Positions 1 through 61,670 of a stretch of 64,000 nucleotides of DNA are shown here, piece after piece. The DNA lies in assembly GCF_001194135.2 (NCBI RefSeq), contig NC_068988.1:72351736-72415735 (forward strand), in the 5' to 3' direction. The stretch is from Octopus bimaculoides (Eukaryota). The position numbers and the translations under genes are program-made. Under the pieces are notes generated by a model. That model made no database searches. It was not told the DNA's origin and worked only from the letters and a program-made list of their open reading frames with translations. Position 1 is the stretch's first letter; each line of letters opens with the position of its first letter.

Positions 1-99
1 CTATGAACACATGATACCTTATGATCTAAATTATTATTAATTAGGCTGTTTTTATCTCTATATTTGAATATTTCATATATCTCTATACAGCAGAAATCA

Positions 100-875
100 C
101 ACCCATATCAGCTATTTTTGTATGGCTGAACTCTACGCACTATATTCCACTTTACACTGAATTTAATATTATTATCCTTGAATTCCCGAATCTTCGTAGA
201 TAATGACGTACTGCTGGCTTTATGCCTAATTCTAAAGGATGGAAGATGGTTATTCAGACGTTTTTTCATATCTAAAGAGCACTCTATGTAAATAAAGTTA
301 TTAGTGTCCGTCATTACTGTACATTTATATAAACACTGACCTAATAGCGGGCAATGGGATCTTGCCCTGAAATTGCAATTGCAGTTATTATTATTATTAT
401 TATTATTAGTTTTTTCTACCATATTATTAATAATCATAGAGTCATCATTTGAGGTACTGTTCAGATTACGTCGCTATTACTCCTGTTGTTATAATTGGTA
501 TTGTTACTTATATTTATATTAACCCTAATGTCATGGATTGTAACGTTAAGTGTTATGAAATCAACTTAAAATGGTTGCATATGTGATACATGGGGTACCG
601 ACTGTGGTTTATTGGCTCCGTTGATATTAATCATCTCGTCTGCATTACTACTGGCTGAGGTTGAGTTATCGGTGCTATTCTTTGTATTATTGGTATTTAC
701 ATACTTAGACTTATTAGAGTTATTAGGGATTAATCTACTATTACCATTATGATTATTTATCCTACGGGCTAATATTATCCTAATATTTCCTTTATGTTTG
801 AAGTTCATGCAGCCATCTGACGAAAACGGCTTCTTATCAATTAAAGGAGTTGCTTGAAACGACCGTAATGAATTG
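100..875 (-). mobile_element. Penelope-like element remnant with GIY-YIG endonuclease C-terminus
   Basis: ORF 108-437: CPLLGQCLYKC...FIYIEC...KKRLNNH..SF...STSLS..W.I, typical of PLE GIY-YIG; adjacent hammerhead. Confidence 0.8.
810..875 (+). ncRNA. Type I hammerhead-like ribozyme adjoining a Penelope-like remnant
   Basis: cat-CTGACGA-12-bp stem II (one mismatch, several G-U pairs)-GAAAC-gacc-GTA-atg. Confidence 0.65.
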
Positions 876-909
876 ACAACTGTACCTTTTTACTACTCAT
901 TTATACTTT

Positions 910-969
<60 letters not shown>

Positions 970-1041
970 NNNNNNNNNNNNNNNNNNNNNNNNNNNNNNN
1001 NNNNNNNNNNNNNNNNNNNNNNNNNNNNNNNNNNNNNNNNN

Positions 1042-1084
<43 letters not shown>

Positions 1085-1171
1085 TAGATAGATAGATAGT
1101 TGTAGGTTTTCATGCCTCCAAGCGTATTTGCATATATATGAATGTATGTATGTTTAATATACATACACATA

Positions 1172-1790
1172 GGTGTAGGCGTGGTTGTGTAGTAAGAAGC
1201 TTGCTCCCCCAAAACATAGTTCCGGGTTCAGTCCCACTGCGTGGCACTTTGGGCAAGTGTCTTCTACTATAGCCTGGGTCCGACCAAAGCCTTTTGAGTG
1301 AATTTAGTAGACGGAAACCGAAAGGATCCCGTCGTATATGTGTGTGTGATTAGACAAACGAAAGCTTATATTTATGAACAACTATTATTAAAGTGGCTGT
1401 GTGGTAAGAAGATTGCTTCCTAGCCACATGGTTCCGGGCTCAGTCCTACTGCGTGGCACCTTGGGCAAGTGTCTTCTAGTATAGCCTCGGGCCGACCAAA
1501 ACCTTGTGAGTGGATTTGGTAGAGGGAAACTGAAAGAAACCCGTTGTATACACATATATATACATATATACATATATATATCTGTGTATGTGTGCCTCCC
1601 CATCAGCGCTTGACAACCAGTGTTGGTGTGTTTGTGTTCCCAGAACTTAGCGGTTCGGCAAAAAAAGCGTGGGTAGAAAAAATACTAGGCTTTAAAATTA
1701 AATTAAGTCCTGGGGTCGATTTGTTCGACTAAAACCCTTCAAAGTGATACTCCAGCATGGCCGCAGTCAAATGACTAAAACAAGTAAAAA
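1172..1790 (+). mobile_element. Two adjacent copies of tRNA-derived SINE family A (octopus-type)
   Basis: gtggctgtgtggtaagaag...gttccgggttcagtcccactgcgtggcaccttgggcaagtgtcttc...ccagcatggccgcagtcaaatgact. Confidence 0.85.
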
Positions 1791-2254
1791 AAAAAGGCAA
1801 AAAATAGAAAGAAAAAGAAGGAAAAAAGAATGTACGTCATTAATGCTGCGGAAATGTATGAATGTCAGAACCCCATTCCGCATTTGGAATTCACCTCTGT
1901 AACCATTTACTTCTGTACATCTATCTGTGGTGGTGGGTGGGGTTGTATTTCTGGAAGATGTGAGTTCAAAGAGATGTGGGATGGAGTTGTCACATATACA
2001 CTTTCTGCAACATTAACGGCAGTGTTGATAAAACAAAAAATACCTACAACAGTGTATTGAAACGTGTCTGTGTTCCTGTTAATTTCTGTGTGAGTTAGAT
2101 TATGTCTGACCATTTTTGTGTAACAGGTTTTTGTTTTTTGTTTGTTTTTTTTTGCCATCCCAGATTCCTAGTGAGATATCAACCATGCTGAAGATTCCTT
2201 TGCAAAAAGAATAACATTAATAAAACAATTGTAATATCGAACTATTTGATTACA

Positions 2255-3835
2255 ACTCTTGAATCTTTTGTTTGGTTACATTTTTTGAAAAATTTTAGTG
2301 AAATTTAAGTGAAAATTTAAGTGAAAAATTAAGTGAAAATTTTCTAATTTGGAGTATTGATGTAATTTTTCACGCTGAATTTCATTTGTTCCAGAAATTT
2401 TTAAATAAAAGTTACAGAAGTTTAAAGTTTGATCATTTTTACCTAGTTAGAAAATGGGATTTGGAAGCTGTCATTTTGTGTGTGACTGCACGTGTTGTCA
2501 ACATTGTGTGTTTTTATATCAAACTGTAAACAAATTAAATATTGGTGGAATTCTGCTTTACACAAGCCATATAACCCATCAACTTATTATAGGGAATTTT
2601 CAGATGTTTTGAAATTTGCATTCTACACACAGGAATTCATACGATTATGCAAAACCCTCTCCACAGCAAAAAAAAAAAACAACTTGGTGCTTGATTTAAG
2701 GCCTGTTTACCGGTTATTTTTTAGCACATCTCACAATCACCTCATACCTCATGTGACCACGAAAAAATGACCATATTATGGACAAGGGAGCAACAGAGGG
2801 GCAAGTAGCTTGGTAACAGCTTGGCTTGTTACAATGGAAACAGCTTTGCTTATTACTATGGAAGCAGGCTCCCATATGTCTGTCGCTTTCGACTGGCTAA
2901 AATTATCCAATATTTTCAAACTTTAAAAGCTATTAATTCTTTATTTATTGATTTATGGCGAAAATGAATTTCTTGTCAATAGGTACCATACAAAACTATA
3001 TCATTATACCAAATACGAAAGTAACGGGAACAAAATTGAAGAAATTCAAAAGTGACAGCGAAGCAAAAGATCCCAATTCTGTTACTCTAGGATATTGCAT
3101 ACAAATAAAATAACAAAATCGGGATCTTTTCTGCTTGGCTGCCAATTTTCAATCTCTTCAATTCCTGCGCGAATTGATTTCATATTCCGTGTGATAATAT
3201 GGCTTTATAGGCCAATCACTGCTTTGAGATTCATTTCGCCATAAATTAATAAATAAAGAGTTATTAACTTTCAAAGTTTGCAAATTTTGGGTAATTTTAA
3301 CCAACCGTAAGCCACAGACACATTCATGCTTGTTTCCATAGTAACAAGCCAAGCTTGAGAATTATTTTGTCTGCTAGAAAGAAGTGTTGACATATTTTCC
3401 ACTCACTGAGCAGGTCGTCAGATGTGCTAAAAATAACAACAAAATAGGCCTTAAATCACGCACCAAAAAGGTTTTTGTTTTATTTTTGGATAAACGCATG
3501 AATTCCCATGTGTAGAATACAAATTCGCAAAGTTTTCAGAAAATTCCCAAAGATAAAAAAAATGTTATGAGGCGTTATATGGCGTGCATAAAGCAAAATT
3601 TGTTTTATTTACAGTTGACAACACGTGCTATTAAGCACAAAATGACAGCTTCCACATCCTGTGGAGAAATGATCAAACTTTAAACCTCTATAACGTTTTT
3701 ACTAAATTTTTCTGGATACGTGAAATATCCCTTGAAATTCAGCTTGGAAAGCTACAATAATGTACCAAATTTTAAAATTTTCAATAAATTTTGAATTTTC
3801 GACATTTAGTGGTCAAACTGAAAAAGATCCACAGG
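2255..3835. mobile_element. Non-coding fold-back DNA element with roughly 500-600 bp diverged inverted arms
   Basis: Colinear inverted matches, e.g. gaagctgtcattttgtg..gcacgtgttgtcaac / gttgacaacacgtgc..cacaaaatgacagcttc; gttattttttagcacatc / gatgtgctaaaaataac. Confidence 0.7.
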
Positions 3836-4195
3836 CTTTCTATCGGCAATCGAAACTGGTGTACGGTTTCTCTCTCCCTCTCTCTCTTTCTTTCTCTCTC
3901 TCCCTCCCTCTCTCTCTCCCTCCTTCTCCTCTCTCTCTTTCTCTTTCTCCCTCTCTCTTTATCTTTCTCTCTCTCCCTCTATCTTTATCTTTATCTTTCT
4001 CTTTCTCTCTCCCCCTCTCCCTCTCTCTCTCTCTCTCTCTCTTTTTTCCCTCTACTGTAAGCTTTCACTAAATATATACCGATTCCTCTCATATCTGGGA
4101 TTGTTTGATATACAGAAAGACAATACACCAACTGTACTTTCTTGTTCGTCAATAGCAAATCATCAAGACAACTTTATTGGTATTATATTACCATA

Positions 4196-4570
4196 GGCTG
4201 TGTGGTAAGTAGCTTGCTTACCAACCACATGGTTCCGGGTTCAGTCCCACTGCGTGGCACCTTGGGCAAGTGTCTTCTGCTATAGCCTCGGGCCGACCGA
4301 AGCCTTGTGAGTGGATTTGGTAGGCGGAAACTGAAAGAAGCCTGTCGTATATATGTATATATATGTGTGTGCGTGTTTGTGTGTCTGTGTTTGTCCCCCC
4401 AATATCGCTTGACAACCGATGCTGGTGTGTTTACGTCCCCGTAACATAGAGGCTCGGCAAAAGACCGATAGAATAAGTACTAGGCTTACAAGTACCGACT
4501 AAAGGCAGTGTTCCAGCATGGCCGCAGTCAAATGACTGAAACAAGTAAAAGAGTAAAAATAGAGTAAAGA
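4196..4570 (+). mobile_element. SINE family A, full length
   Basis: Same head, body and gtaaaaga tail as the other copies. Confidence 0.85.
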
Positions 4571-5614
4571 GATATAAATGTATGTCTGCAGGTGTGTTAT
4601 TTGAAAACTAGGTCATCTATTTTAAGCAAATATCTGACCGGTACTAAACAGGCAGCAAGCATCAAAGAATTGTAACTCTGACCACGAAAAGAACTGAAAT
4701 TTCATACCTTCCTAAGTTGTTCAAGATTGCTGCGGACAACAGGGGACACTTATGGAAAATTACTACTAGATTTTGTAATGTTAGTAGAGAGGAAGAAACT
4801 ATATGTTATAACAAAAAGTCATTGACAATATGAGAACTTGCGGAAATTATTCAAGCAGAAAGAACAATTCACTATTCTCTATATATTAATAATAATACTA
4901 GTAAACAAGATTCACAAACACGCAGAATTCTGGTTTCAGCATCCCATAACTTTTTTTTTTCTTTTTTTTTTTTTGAATTTCCAGAAAATTTTTGCGAATT
5001 TGTGTTCTACACACGGAAATTCATACGATTATGAAAAGAAAAAATATTTTTAGCTTTTTAAACCTCTCCCCACCCACAAAAGTCCAAAAAGTTCCACTCT
5101 TTCAAATTCTATTTTTAAATCTGAATTTAAAATAGACAGAGAGAAAAATATTGAAAAGCATCAATACATGTCACAGAAACAATGAAATGAGGAAGGTATT
5201 AGGTGGTCGTGAGTTGTGCTGCTAAAAATAACAGTTAAATTCCAAAAGAAAATGGTATGAAGGGTTTTACGGGGTGCTTGAACCAGAATTTTGCCCATAA
5301 AGAAACAGCAATATTGTATAGTAACAGGAGGAAAACTAAAATGACTGTCTGAAAAGGGAGCTGGAGATGTTTACGATAACTAAAGAATAATTAGAAAAAT
5401 TAAGGAGATTTAAAGTGAAGGTCTTATTGTAAATATAATGAATAGAAAAAATGAGTAGAACATTGAGACTTGAGTTTACACAGAAACTCTAGTGATAATA
5501 GAGTAAATGACGCTGGACCTTTAAGAGAAGGTTTCACACTCAGCAGTGGTTCCAGAAGGAAATGGACATGATAGTGATGTAGTGGCTGTTCCATAATTCT
5601 TCGATGAACTGGTA

Positions 5615-6848
5615 CGAAGTGGTATGAAACAATTCCCGGACTAGTTCTGTAGCGCGCCAACAGCTAGCACTACATAGCTGTGTGTGTAGTAAAAGCGAGC
5701 AGTGACCTTCGTGAGGCAGTGTGCCGAGTGACATTACTGTGTTTACTTCGCAAGTTGTGAAATTCGTGTTTTGGGGATCATGTGTATGCTATATATAGTA
5801 TGAGATTTTGTCATGGACAGAAAGCTGGAACAAGGAGCCAACGTGAAATTTTGTGTTAAACTTGGGAAGTCTTCTACAAAGACATTGAGCATGCTTCGGC
5901 AAGCTTACGGAGACGAGGCAATAGGCCGTACGCAATGTTTTTGAGTAGCACTAGGGCTCCAAAAGCGGAAGAACATCCCTGAAAGACGATGAGCGATCTG
6001 GCAGATCTGCCACGAGCGTCACTCCCGGAAATCTGGTGAAAATATATCATCTTGTGCATGAAGATCGTCGGAAGACAATCAGTGACCTTGCTGATGTTGT
6101 TGATTTATCGTATGGGTCCGTGCAGGCAATCCTAATGTATGAAATGAACAAGTGACGTGTTTCTGCCAAGCTTGCCTTCTGCCCGCTGACCACTGATCAG
6201 AAAGAACATCGCATCGAAGTTTGTCAAGATCTCCATCAGCGTGCCACTGATGACTCGTCCTTCATGTCCAGGATCATCACCGGTGATGAGAGCTGGGTCT
6301 GCGGGTAAGACCCTGAGAAGAAGCAGCAGTCGTCACAATGAAAGAGTCCTTCATCTCCACGACAGAAGTTGCAGTTCAATCAAGAGCATGTTCATCGTTT
6401 TTATCGACATCCGCGGTATTGTGCATCGAGAATTCGTCCCCCAAGGCAAAGCTGTCAATCAAGAGTTCCACTGCGACGTTTTGAAGCGTTTGAGAGAGGA
6501 AATTCGGCGAAAGCAACCGGATCTACTGAGCCAAAAGAATTGGATTCTTCACGACGAAAATGCACCCTGTCACCGAGCTCTCCTCACAAAACAACATGGT
6601 ATCACTTTCGCACCTGCCCTATTCGCTAGATTTAACACCGTTATCGAGATGAAGAGCGAATCATAGAAGGTCCTCGACTCGCTTACAGAAACCAACTTCC
6701 AGGCCGGGTCCCGAAAGTGGCAGAAACATTGGGACTGATATATTGCTGCGCAAGGTTACTATTTCAATGGATGTTATGTTAAAACTTAGGTAAATAAGTT
6801 ATTTTTTGTTAAACATAACTAATCCTGGAACTTTTAGATACCACTTCT
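5615..6848 (+). mobile_element. Near-full-length decayed mariner (Tc1/mariner) transposon
   Basis: TA-flanked TIRs (cgaagtggtat... / ...ataccacttct); transposase remnants ITGDESWV, KSMFIVF.D.RGIVHREFVPQG, WILHDENAPCHRA with stops and frameshifts. Confidence 0.92.
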
Positions 6849-7308
6849 TAACTACGAATATCCTTTATTAAGGATATTCCTTAATTTTGTCTCTCTGAAC
6901 ACGGAACAGTTAGCTTAGATGGAAATCTTTACTCAATGACATATGCTCCACATGCGCAGCTATACTAGAAACTGCTGAAAGAGACTTTACGCAATTTTTC
7001 TTAATCGCTTATTCACTACAGCTAGTCTGCAATTACTTTTGAATTATGAGTTAATTGCTCTAGAGTGAAACACATGTTTTACTTGTTCATTCTATCTCTC
7101 TACCCGCTCAATGATAAATCACACCAAGCTATCTTTGACAGGCAAATTCAGTACCGCCATGTCTCAGTTGCAGTTCAAGCCGGAGTTTTAGCTGTAAACT
7201 AACCCGAGCAGTAAACTAACATCACGTCATTAGACGGAATTGTATTTTTATACGTTCTCAAAATATGTATGTATGTATGTGTATATATGTATGTATGTAT
7301 GTATGTAT

Positions 7309-7419
7309 TTCAGTCCCACTGCGTGACACTTTGGGTAAGTGTCTTCTACTATAGCCTCGGGGTGACCAAAGCTTTCTGGATGGATTTAGTGGACGAAAAT
7401 TGAAGGAAACCCGTCCTAT

Positions 7420-7496
<77 letters not shown>

Positions 7497-7580
7497 CGTG
7501 TTCGTGTCCCCTACCAACAAAATTCTTCAAAGCGGCGCCCCAGCATGGCCACAGTCTAATGACCGAAAGAAGTAAAGGAT
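7309..7580 (+). mobile_element. SINE family A, partial, with (GT)n
   Basis: ttcagtcccactgcgtgacactttggg...ccccagcatggccacagtc. Confidence 0.75.
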
Positions 7581-8792
7581 ATATATATTGCATTATATCA
7601 TGTTTGCCCAAAGTATGAAATTTCAGTTAGTTTCCCGTCACTTCAGTTTAGAAACTATTTTTCCAGAATTTAAAGTTAGATTATTGACTTAGTTGTGAAA
7701 TAACTGGAATGATTTTACATTATATTCCCTTACAATGATTGGTTGCTCTATTATGTCGCCATTGACATCTGCACACACACACACAAAGAGGTGAGATTTA
7801 CATTCATGCAATTCGATTCTTTTTCTTTTTTATGAAAGAAAACCAATTCCGTGTGTTAGAGATTATGGAATGGAATCTTTATTACTTTTATTTATTTTAC
7901 CAAATAAAAAAAAAGAAAGCATAGCTGTATTAGAAGGTAAACAAAGAAGCGATAATTGCAAGACTTTGGAAAAAGAAACGGATGAGATATTCTCGTTAAC
8001 TTATTTTTCTTCTGATTTATAATAGGTAATATCTGATGAATACAGGAAAGCACATGCCTACCTACGACATCAAAAATTACATTGTTTAGACGGATAAAAA
8101 CCTGGAAAACTGTTCTCGACTATTGGTAAGAACAATTGAAAGAGAAATTAACGAAAGTAAAAATTTATCTCAGTAGTGGGTTTGGTGTTTTTTTTTTATT
8201 TTTGAAATGTTAATAAGTTCTAGAAGCGTCTTATAAATTTGAGCAAAACAAAAAATAGTTGTGAGTAGTTCATTTTTAAATAGTTGATATCTGGAGTTCA
8301 ACTCCAGGTCAGCCCTGGTTGAGCCAACCCATAATCAAAGAACAAAAAATGCATTTTAACATTTTACCTATATTTAAAGTTACCTTATGCAATGTGGGTT
8401 TCCTTCCGTAAGATTTTTAGGATACTATAAGGAAATTTGGCTAAGATTTCTAACATATTTTGCGAACGCTTCAATGATTTCAACACGGTGTGACAAAGAT
8501 AGAAAAGTTAAATACTTTTGCGTGATGTCATCAATCATTTCTGATCCAACTATTATCCACTGTCAGGAAAATATTGAGAAAAAATCAGAATAATATTTAC
8601 CTAAAACTTTCACCGCTTATGCAAATACTGAGAAAGAAAGCATCTCATTGGTAGAAATCTCCGTAAAAATATGTCTTAACTCTTTGAATTTTTAATTTAG
8701 AAGATTTTTGTTAAAGATTTAAAATACAATAAGCTAAAAGAACACTAATACTTTAAAATATTTTCTTTTCGACATCATCGGTTAATATTATT

Positions 8793-8878
8793 TTTATTGA
8801 TTTGATATTGGATTTTATTGTTGCTTATCTTCCTCGTAATTTGAAATATTCGTTGTTTTTATCAGCACAATTTTTATT
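8793..8878 (-). promoter_or_regulatory. Candidate polyadenylation signals (AATAAA x3) for the integrin gene
   Basis: tttatt on + at 8793-8798, 8814-8819 and 8873-8878, about 220-300 nt past the stop; chance occurrence is likely in AT-rich DNA. Confidence 0.3.
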
Positions 8879-9096
8879 TTCAATCGTAAACTTGATATAA
8901 CTACTTTGATACCGCCTCTTTTAAAATGTTGCCAACTCTTTTTCACCGCTATACATAGAACATTGCCTACTAAAAATTTCTAGCTACAAATTTATGAATA
9001 TTTTACATACACATTCGTTTAACCCTTCTTTTAAATTTCCCACTTTCATATGTTTGCAAGTCCTTTTCATTGAGAAATATTCAATCAAATAATATT

Positions 9097-57134
<48,038 letters not shown>

Positions 57135-58591
57135 GTTAAGATTACAATGTCTGAAACGAAATATTTCCTTTTCCTAAATTCAGCGAGTGCAAAAATCTCT
57201 TAGAAATGAACAGGTTTGATTTGGATGTTGAATACGATCGATTGAGGTTAGAATTTGGTATTAACAGTTTTATAAAAGTAACTATGAGAAAACATATTGA
57301 ATAGCTAAAATCTGAGTCTAGCTGTCGGAAGTACTAACATCCTTCATGTTGCTGTTGACTGATTAACTTCTGTTGTCAACATGAGTGGGAAACGCTGAAG
57401 TAGTACTTAAGCAAATAACTTCAGCGAAACTAAACTTGTGTATAAGCACTGATCCACAGTTGCCTCCCTTGACGAACTTTCGACTGTCTTTAAGTAAAAT
57501 CAATGTTTTAAGAGTTAATAAAACTTNNNNNNNNNNNNNNNNNNNNNNNNNNNNNNNNNNNNNNNNNNNNNNNNNNNNNNNNNNNNNNNNNNNNNNNNNN
57601 NNNNNNNNNNNNNNNNNNNNNNNNNNNNNNNNNNNNNNNNNNNNNNNNNNNNNNNNNNNNNNNNNNNNNNNNNNNNNNNNNNNNNNNNNNNNNNNNNNNN
57701 NNNNNNNNNNNNNNNNNCAATATTAATCAGAGATAAGGCAACGAGCTGGCAGAATCGTCAGCTCGCCGGGAAAAATGCTGAGCGGCATTTCGTCTGTCTT
57801 TACCTTCTGAGTTCAAATTCCACCGTGATCGACTTTGCTTTTCATCCCTTCGTGATCGATAAAAAAAATACCAGTTGACCACTAGAGGTCGACGTAATCG
57901 ACTTACCCACTCCCCCGAAATTGCTGGCCTTGTGCCAAAATTTGAGATTAATGAAATAATCAGAGATTAATGAAATACAAAATTAGCACCAACCGGGTTT
58001 GAATTCAGAGTCTTGCCAATTCATAGCTAAACTTATGAAATTTAGCACTAGATTTCAATTACCACAGGTACAATTGGTTAATGTCAACTCAGCGCTTGAC
58101 TATCATTTACTTTATCAACCCCGTCACAAATTAAAGATCGATCCAGGCATTTAACTGAATACAAGGAAAACAATTATGCCTCGGTTCCTTTTCTACCAAG
58201 AATGTTTTGGTTTTTTTTCTCATAGAAACAATATTAATTTTAAATAAAAATTTTTCTTTATTTCATATTTGTTATGATTGAACAGCAAACGGATTTACAG
58301 TTGAAAGGGGTTTAATGAGGAAAGAAGTCACAATTACTTTTTACTTATCTCTCAGATTGGCTTCATATATCTACACTATTTTCTTTTAAAGGAATTTCAG
58401 CACAACTTTCTAAATTTACTCTTACTAAAATCTGTCATAAAACTCCACCTTTTTATAAAAGTTCTATATGAAATATAAGTTGGGAAACAACTACAACAGG
58501 AAATCGAAACTGGATTGCGGATATCATTTGCATCGCTGGGAGCTTTCTTGAAATGTATAGTGCTCGTCAAAAGTTAAAACACACACACACA

Positions 58592-58689
<98 letters not shown>

Positions 58690-59334
58690 CGCGCACACAC
58701 ACACACTTATAATCGTTTCCGCTAAGAAATATTTCAAGATGTTAGCCTTTAGCTGAACATTCCGATGGCTAATGAATTCTGTTGTCATAAGGTTGCGATA
58801 AACAAACGACCGGATACAATGAATATGTTGTGAAAGTTATCGACCGTTCGCAGTCAGGGCTCACCCTGTTTAAGAACAGTTTATAGAGAGAAAAATAATT
58901 TTAATTAATTATCCGGTAGAGACACTAAGCAATAAAATTTACTTCCATTGAGGTTCTTCTACCTCCGAAATATTTAGATAATTTTCTTTATTTGTACTTG
59001 ATTTATATATCATTCGTATGTGCAACAATTCATTATCACATATCTTAAGCAACTAGTTTATAATACTTATGTGTTCATTTGTTTTAAACATTGACAAATA
59101 AAGGAAATACTAAGAAAAATAAAAGCGTGAAAGTTGTGTGCATTTCCTTTCTTTTGCACTGCTAACGTTCCCATTGTAACAACATAGTTTTTAATTTCTT
59201 CTGAAAACTTAAAACTTCAGTCACGTCATGCAACAAATATGACCAAATATATAGTTTAGTTTCATTTTGTTTTTTACTTGCAGTTTGTTTTTTTTTACTA
59301 ATTGAGTCTAGAGAAAGGGGCAGTGCTTGTGTTC

Positions 59335-59600
59335 TTTGTAGGTCTTCAAAGATCGGTGCGCTTCATGTTGTCAGTGTTCCGTTTAAATTGTTGTAGGTCA
59401 ACATCTGCAGGAAAGACACGAGAACGAAGACAATTCCAGAGAGTCAATGTTCCGAGGAAGAAGGACTGAGAACAACGGTTAATGCGGAGTCAGAGGAGTG
59501 GACATAATAGGGTCGAAAAGATATGCATAGACAACTGGATCGGGTTACCTCAATGGAGAATATACGAAACCAACCATCCATTTTAGGAGTTTTATTCTTA
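59335..59600 (-). mobile_element. L2-like LINE 3' end fragment
   Basis: QSFFLGTLTLWNCLRSRVFPADVDLQQFKRN. Confidence 0.65.
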
Positions 59601-59907
59601 CCAGTGAGAATTGCATGTTATTGATGCCATAAAACTTTAGAAACTTCGAGAGAACGTGAAATAATTCCTTTTTGGAACGGTGAAATATGAAGTAGAAAAA
59701 GGTGGTACAAATAAAGTTTCGGTAGAACGCTCGTTGTATTTAGAAGATTTGTGGGTTCGAGTCCTACGGAAAGCTTTCAACTTATTCTATCCAAACAGTT
59801 TTTAAGCCAGTTTTTACACCCTATTATCTACAGCTTCATCTACTTCAAGGCGATTTATTTCTTGTATCGAAATTTCTAACTACTTATGACGTCACCTATC
59901 TACATGT

Positions 59908-60055
59908 TGCTGTGTGTTAAGCTTGCTTTCCAACCACATGATCCCTAGTTCAATCCCATTGCGTGGCACTTTGGGCAAGTGTCTTCTACTATAGCCTCAG
60001 GTCGCCCAAAGCCTTGTGAGTGTATTTGGTAGACGGAAAATGGAAAAAACCCGTC

Positions 60056-60090
<35 letters not shown>
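59908..60090 (+). mobile_element. SINE family A 5' half ending in (TA)n
   Basis: gctgtgtgttaagcttgctttccaaccacatg...aaacccgtcgtatata. Confidence 0.8.
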
Positions 60091-60091
<1 letters not shown>

Positions 60092-61530
60092 GGTATTGCC
60101 ATGGAAACGAAAGCAGCGCCTGTCCTTGCGAACCTAATAACGGGTTTCTTTGAGTCTGCCCTATATGAACTTTCGCACCAAAAATTTGGACCCCATTCCA
60201 CCAGTATATAAGAGAAAACTGGAAAAAGTGCCTAGACCATTGTCTTATCATCTGGAATGAAACCTATGATAAACTCCTGGACTTCAAATCCACACTGAAC
60301 AACATAAACTCCTATATTCAATTTACAATGGAATACAGCAAGGAACAGCTCCCATTTCTGGAAATTTTGCTTATTAAAAAAATCCAACAAACCAACAGAC
60401 TCAAAACAGTATCTTCTTTTCAGTTCATGCCATCCTAAACACACCAAAATAAATATCCCATTCAATCTAGCTAAAAGGATCTGTACAATTGTATTTGACA
60501 CAACCACTCGGGAACTTCGCCTACAAGACCTCAAAATAATACTCATTGAACGTCAATACCCACCCGCACTTATAGACCATGGAATTGAACGTGCCAAGAA
60601 ATTGGACACAAACACACTAAGGACAACAAAATAAAACACCACACCTCACTTTAAATCACGCTCATACATATCAACCCACAACCCCAGAAACAATGAAGCA
60701 TACAACACAATTATACAAAACCTCCCTCTGTTCACTCAAGACCCGAAAAGAACAACGTCTTAAATACACATGAACTCCTCAAATGCAAAAACAAAACACA
60801 AATCGTTCAAGAGACTCCTAACAAATGCAAAACTATACTCAAAACATACGATACTAACAGTTAAAAAATGCAGACGACCTAATTGTGGTACATGCCCATA
60901 CCTAAATGAAGGCTCGGAATTTACATTCCAGCAAGGAGAAAAATTCTCAATTAAGACCAACTTCACATGTGCTTCCCAGAACCTTATCTATGTCCTAACC
61001 TGTTCAGGTTGTGGCTACAATTATGTGGGCCAAACGAGCTTTACTTTGAGACGCAGAGTCACGCTGCATAAAGAACAGATTCGTTTTCCTCAATACAGGT
61101 AGATAACCCTGAGCGAACATATCGACAGATGCACAAGAAATAAAACGCCGAATTTCCATATCTTTCCATTATACCAATGCAAAGATTCAATCTCCTTACA
61201 AAAACGCCTAAACAAGGAAAACCTGTTCATACAAAAGTACAGACCACACCTTAATATACAAACTTGACCACTTCAAAAATCATACTGAGGAGCTAGTTGT
61301 CCCCCTTGCCACCTGTTTCCTACCTTGGTCTACTCTCTAGACTCATTCTTATTTTTCAAGCATCTGAAAAGGCGAGACCCCTTTGTCACAAGAATTTATT
61401 ACTTCAAGGCGAGACCCCTTTGTCACAAGAATTTATTACTTCACAATGTCCCTTGAAAAGCTAATTTAAATAGCGAAAACCGGTTGGATATCACTGCATC
61501 CATAAAATATGTATATATTCTTTTTTAATT
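60092..61530 (+). mobile_element. 5'-truncated Penelope-like retroelement (RT C-half + GIY-YIG), frameshifted
   Basis: GIAMETKAAP, FTMEYSKEQLPFL, YLLFSSCHP, RQYP, then CxxxxCxxC and NLIYVLTCSGCGYNYVGQT...RRVTLH. Confidence 0.92.
61369..61442. repeat. 37-bp perfect tandem duplication in the PLE tail
   Basis: aaggcgagacccctttgtcacaagaatttattacttc x2. Confidence 0.9.
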
Positions 61531-61614
61531 TCTTTATAGAAAGATATTAAACTATGTGAAACGAAGGCATTTCTCTTCCACTTTTTGTTTCCCACATATT
61601 GTCAACCTATATGT

Positions 61615-61670
<56 letters not shown>

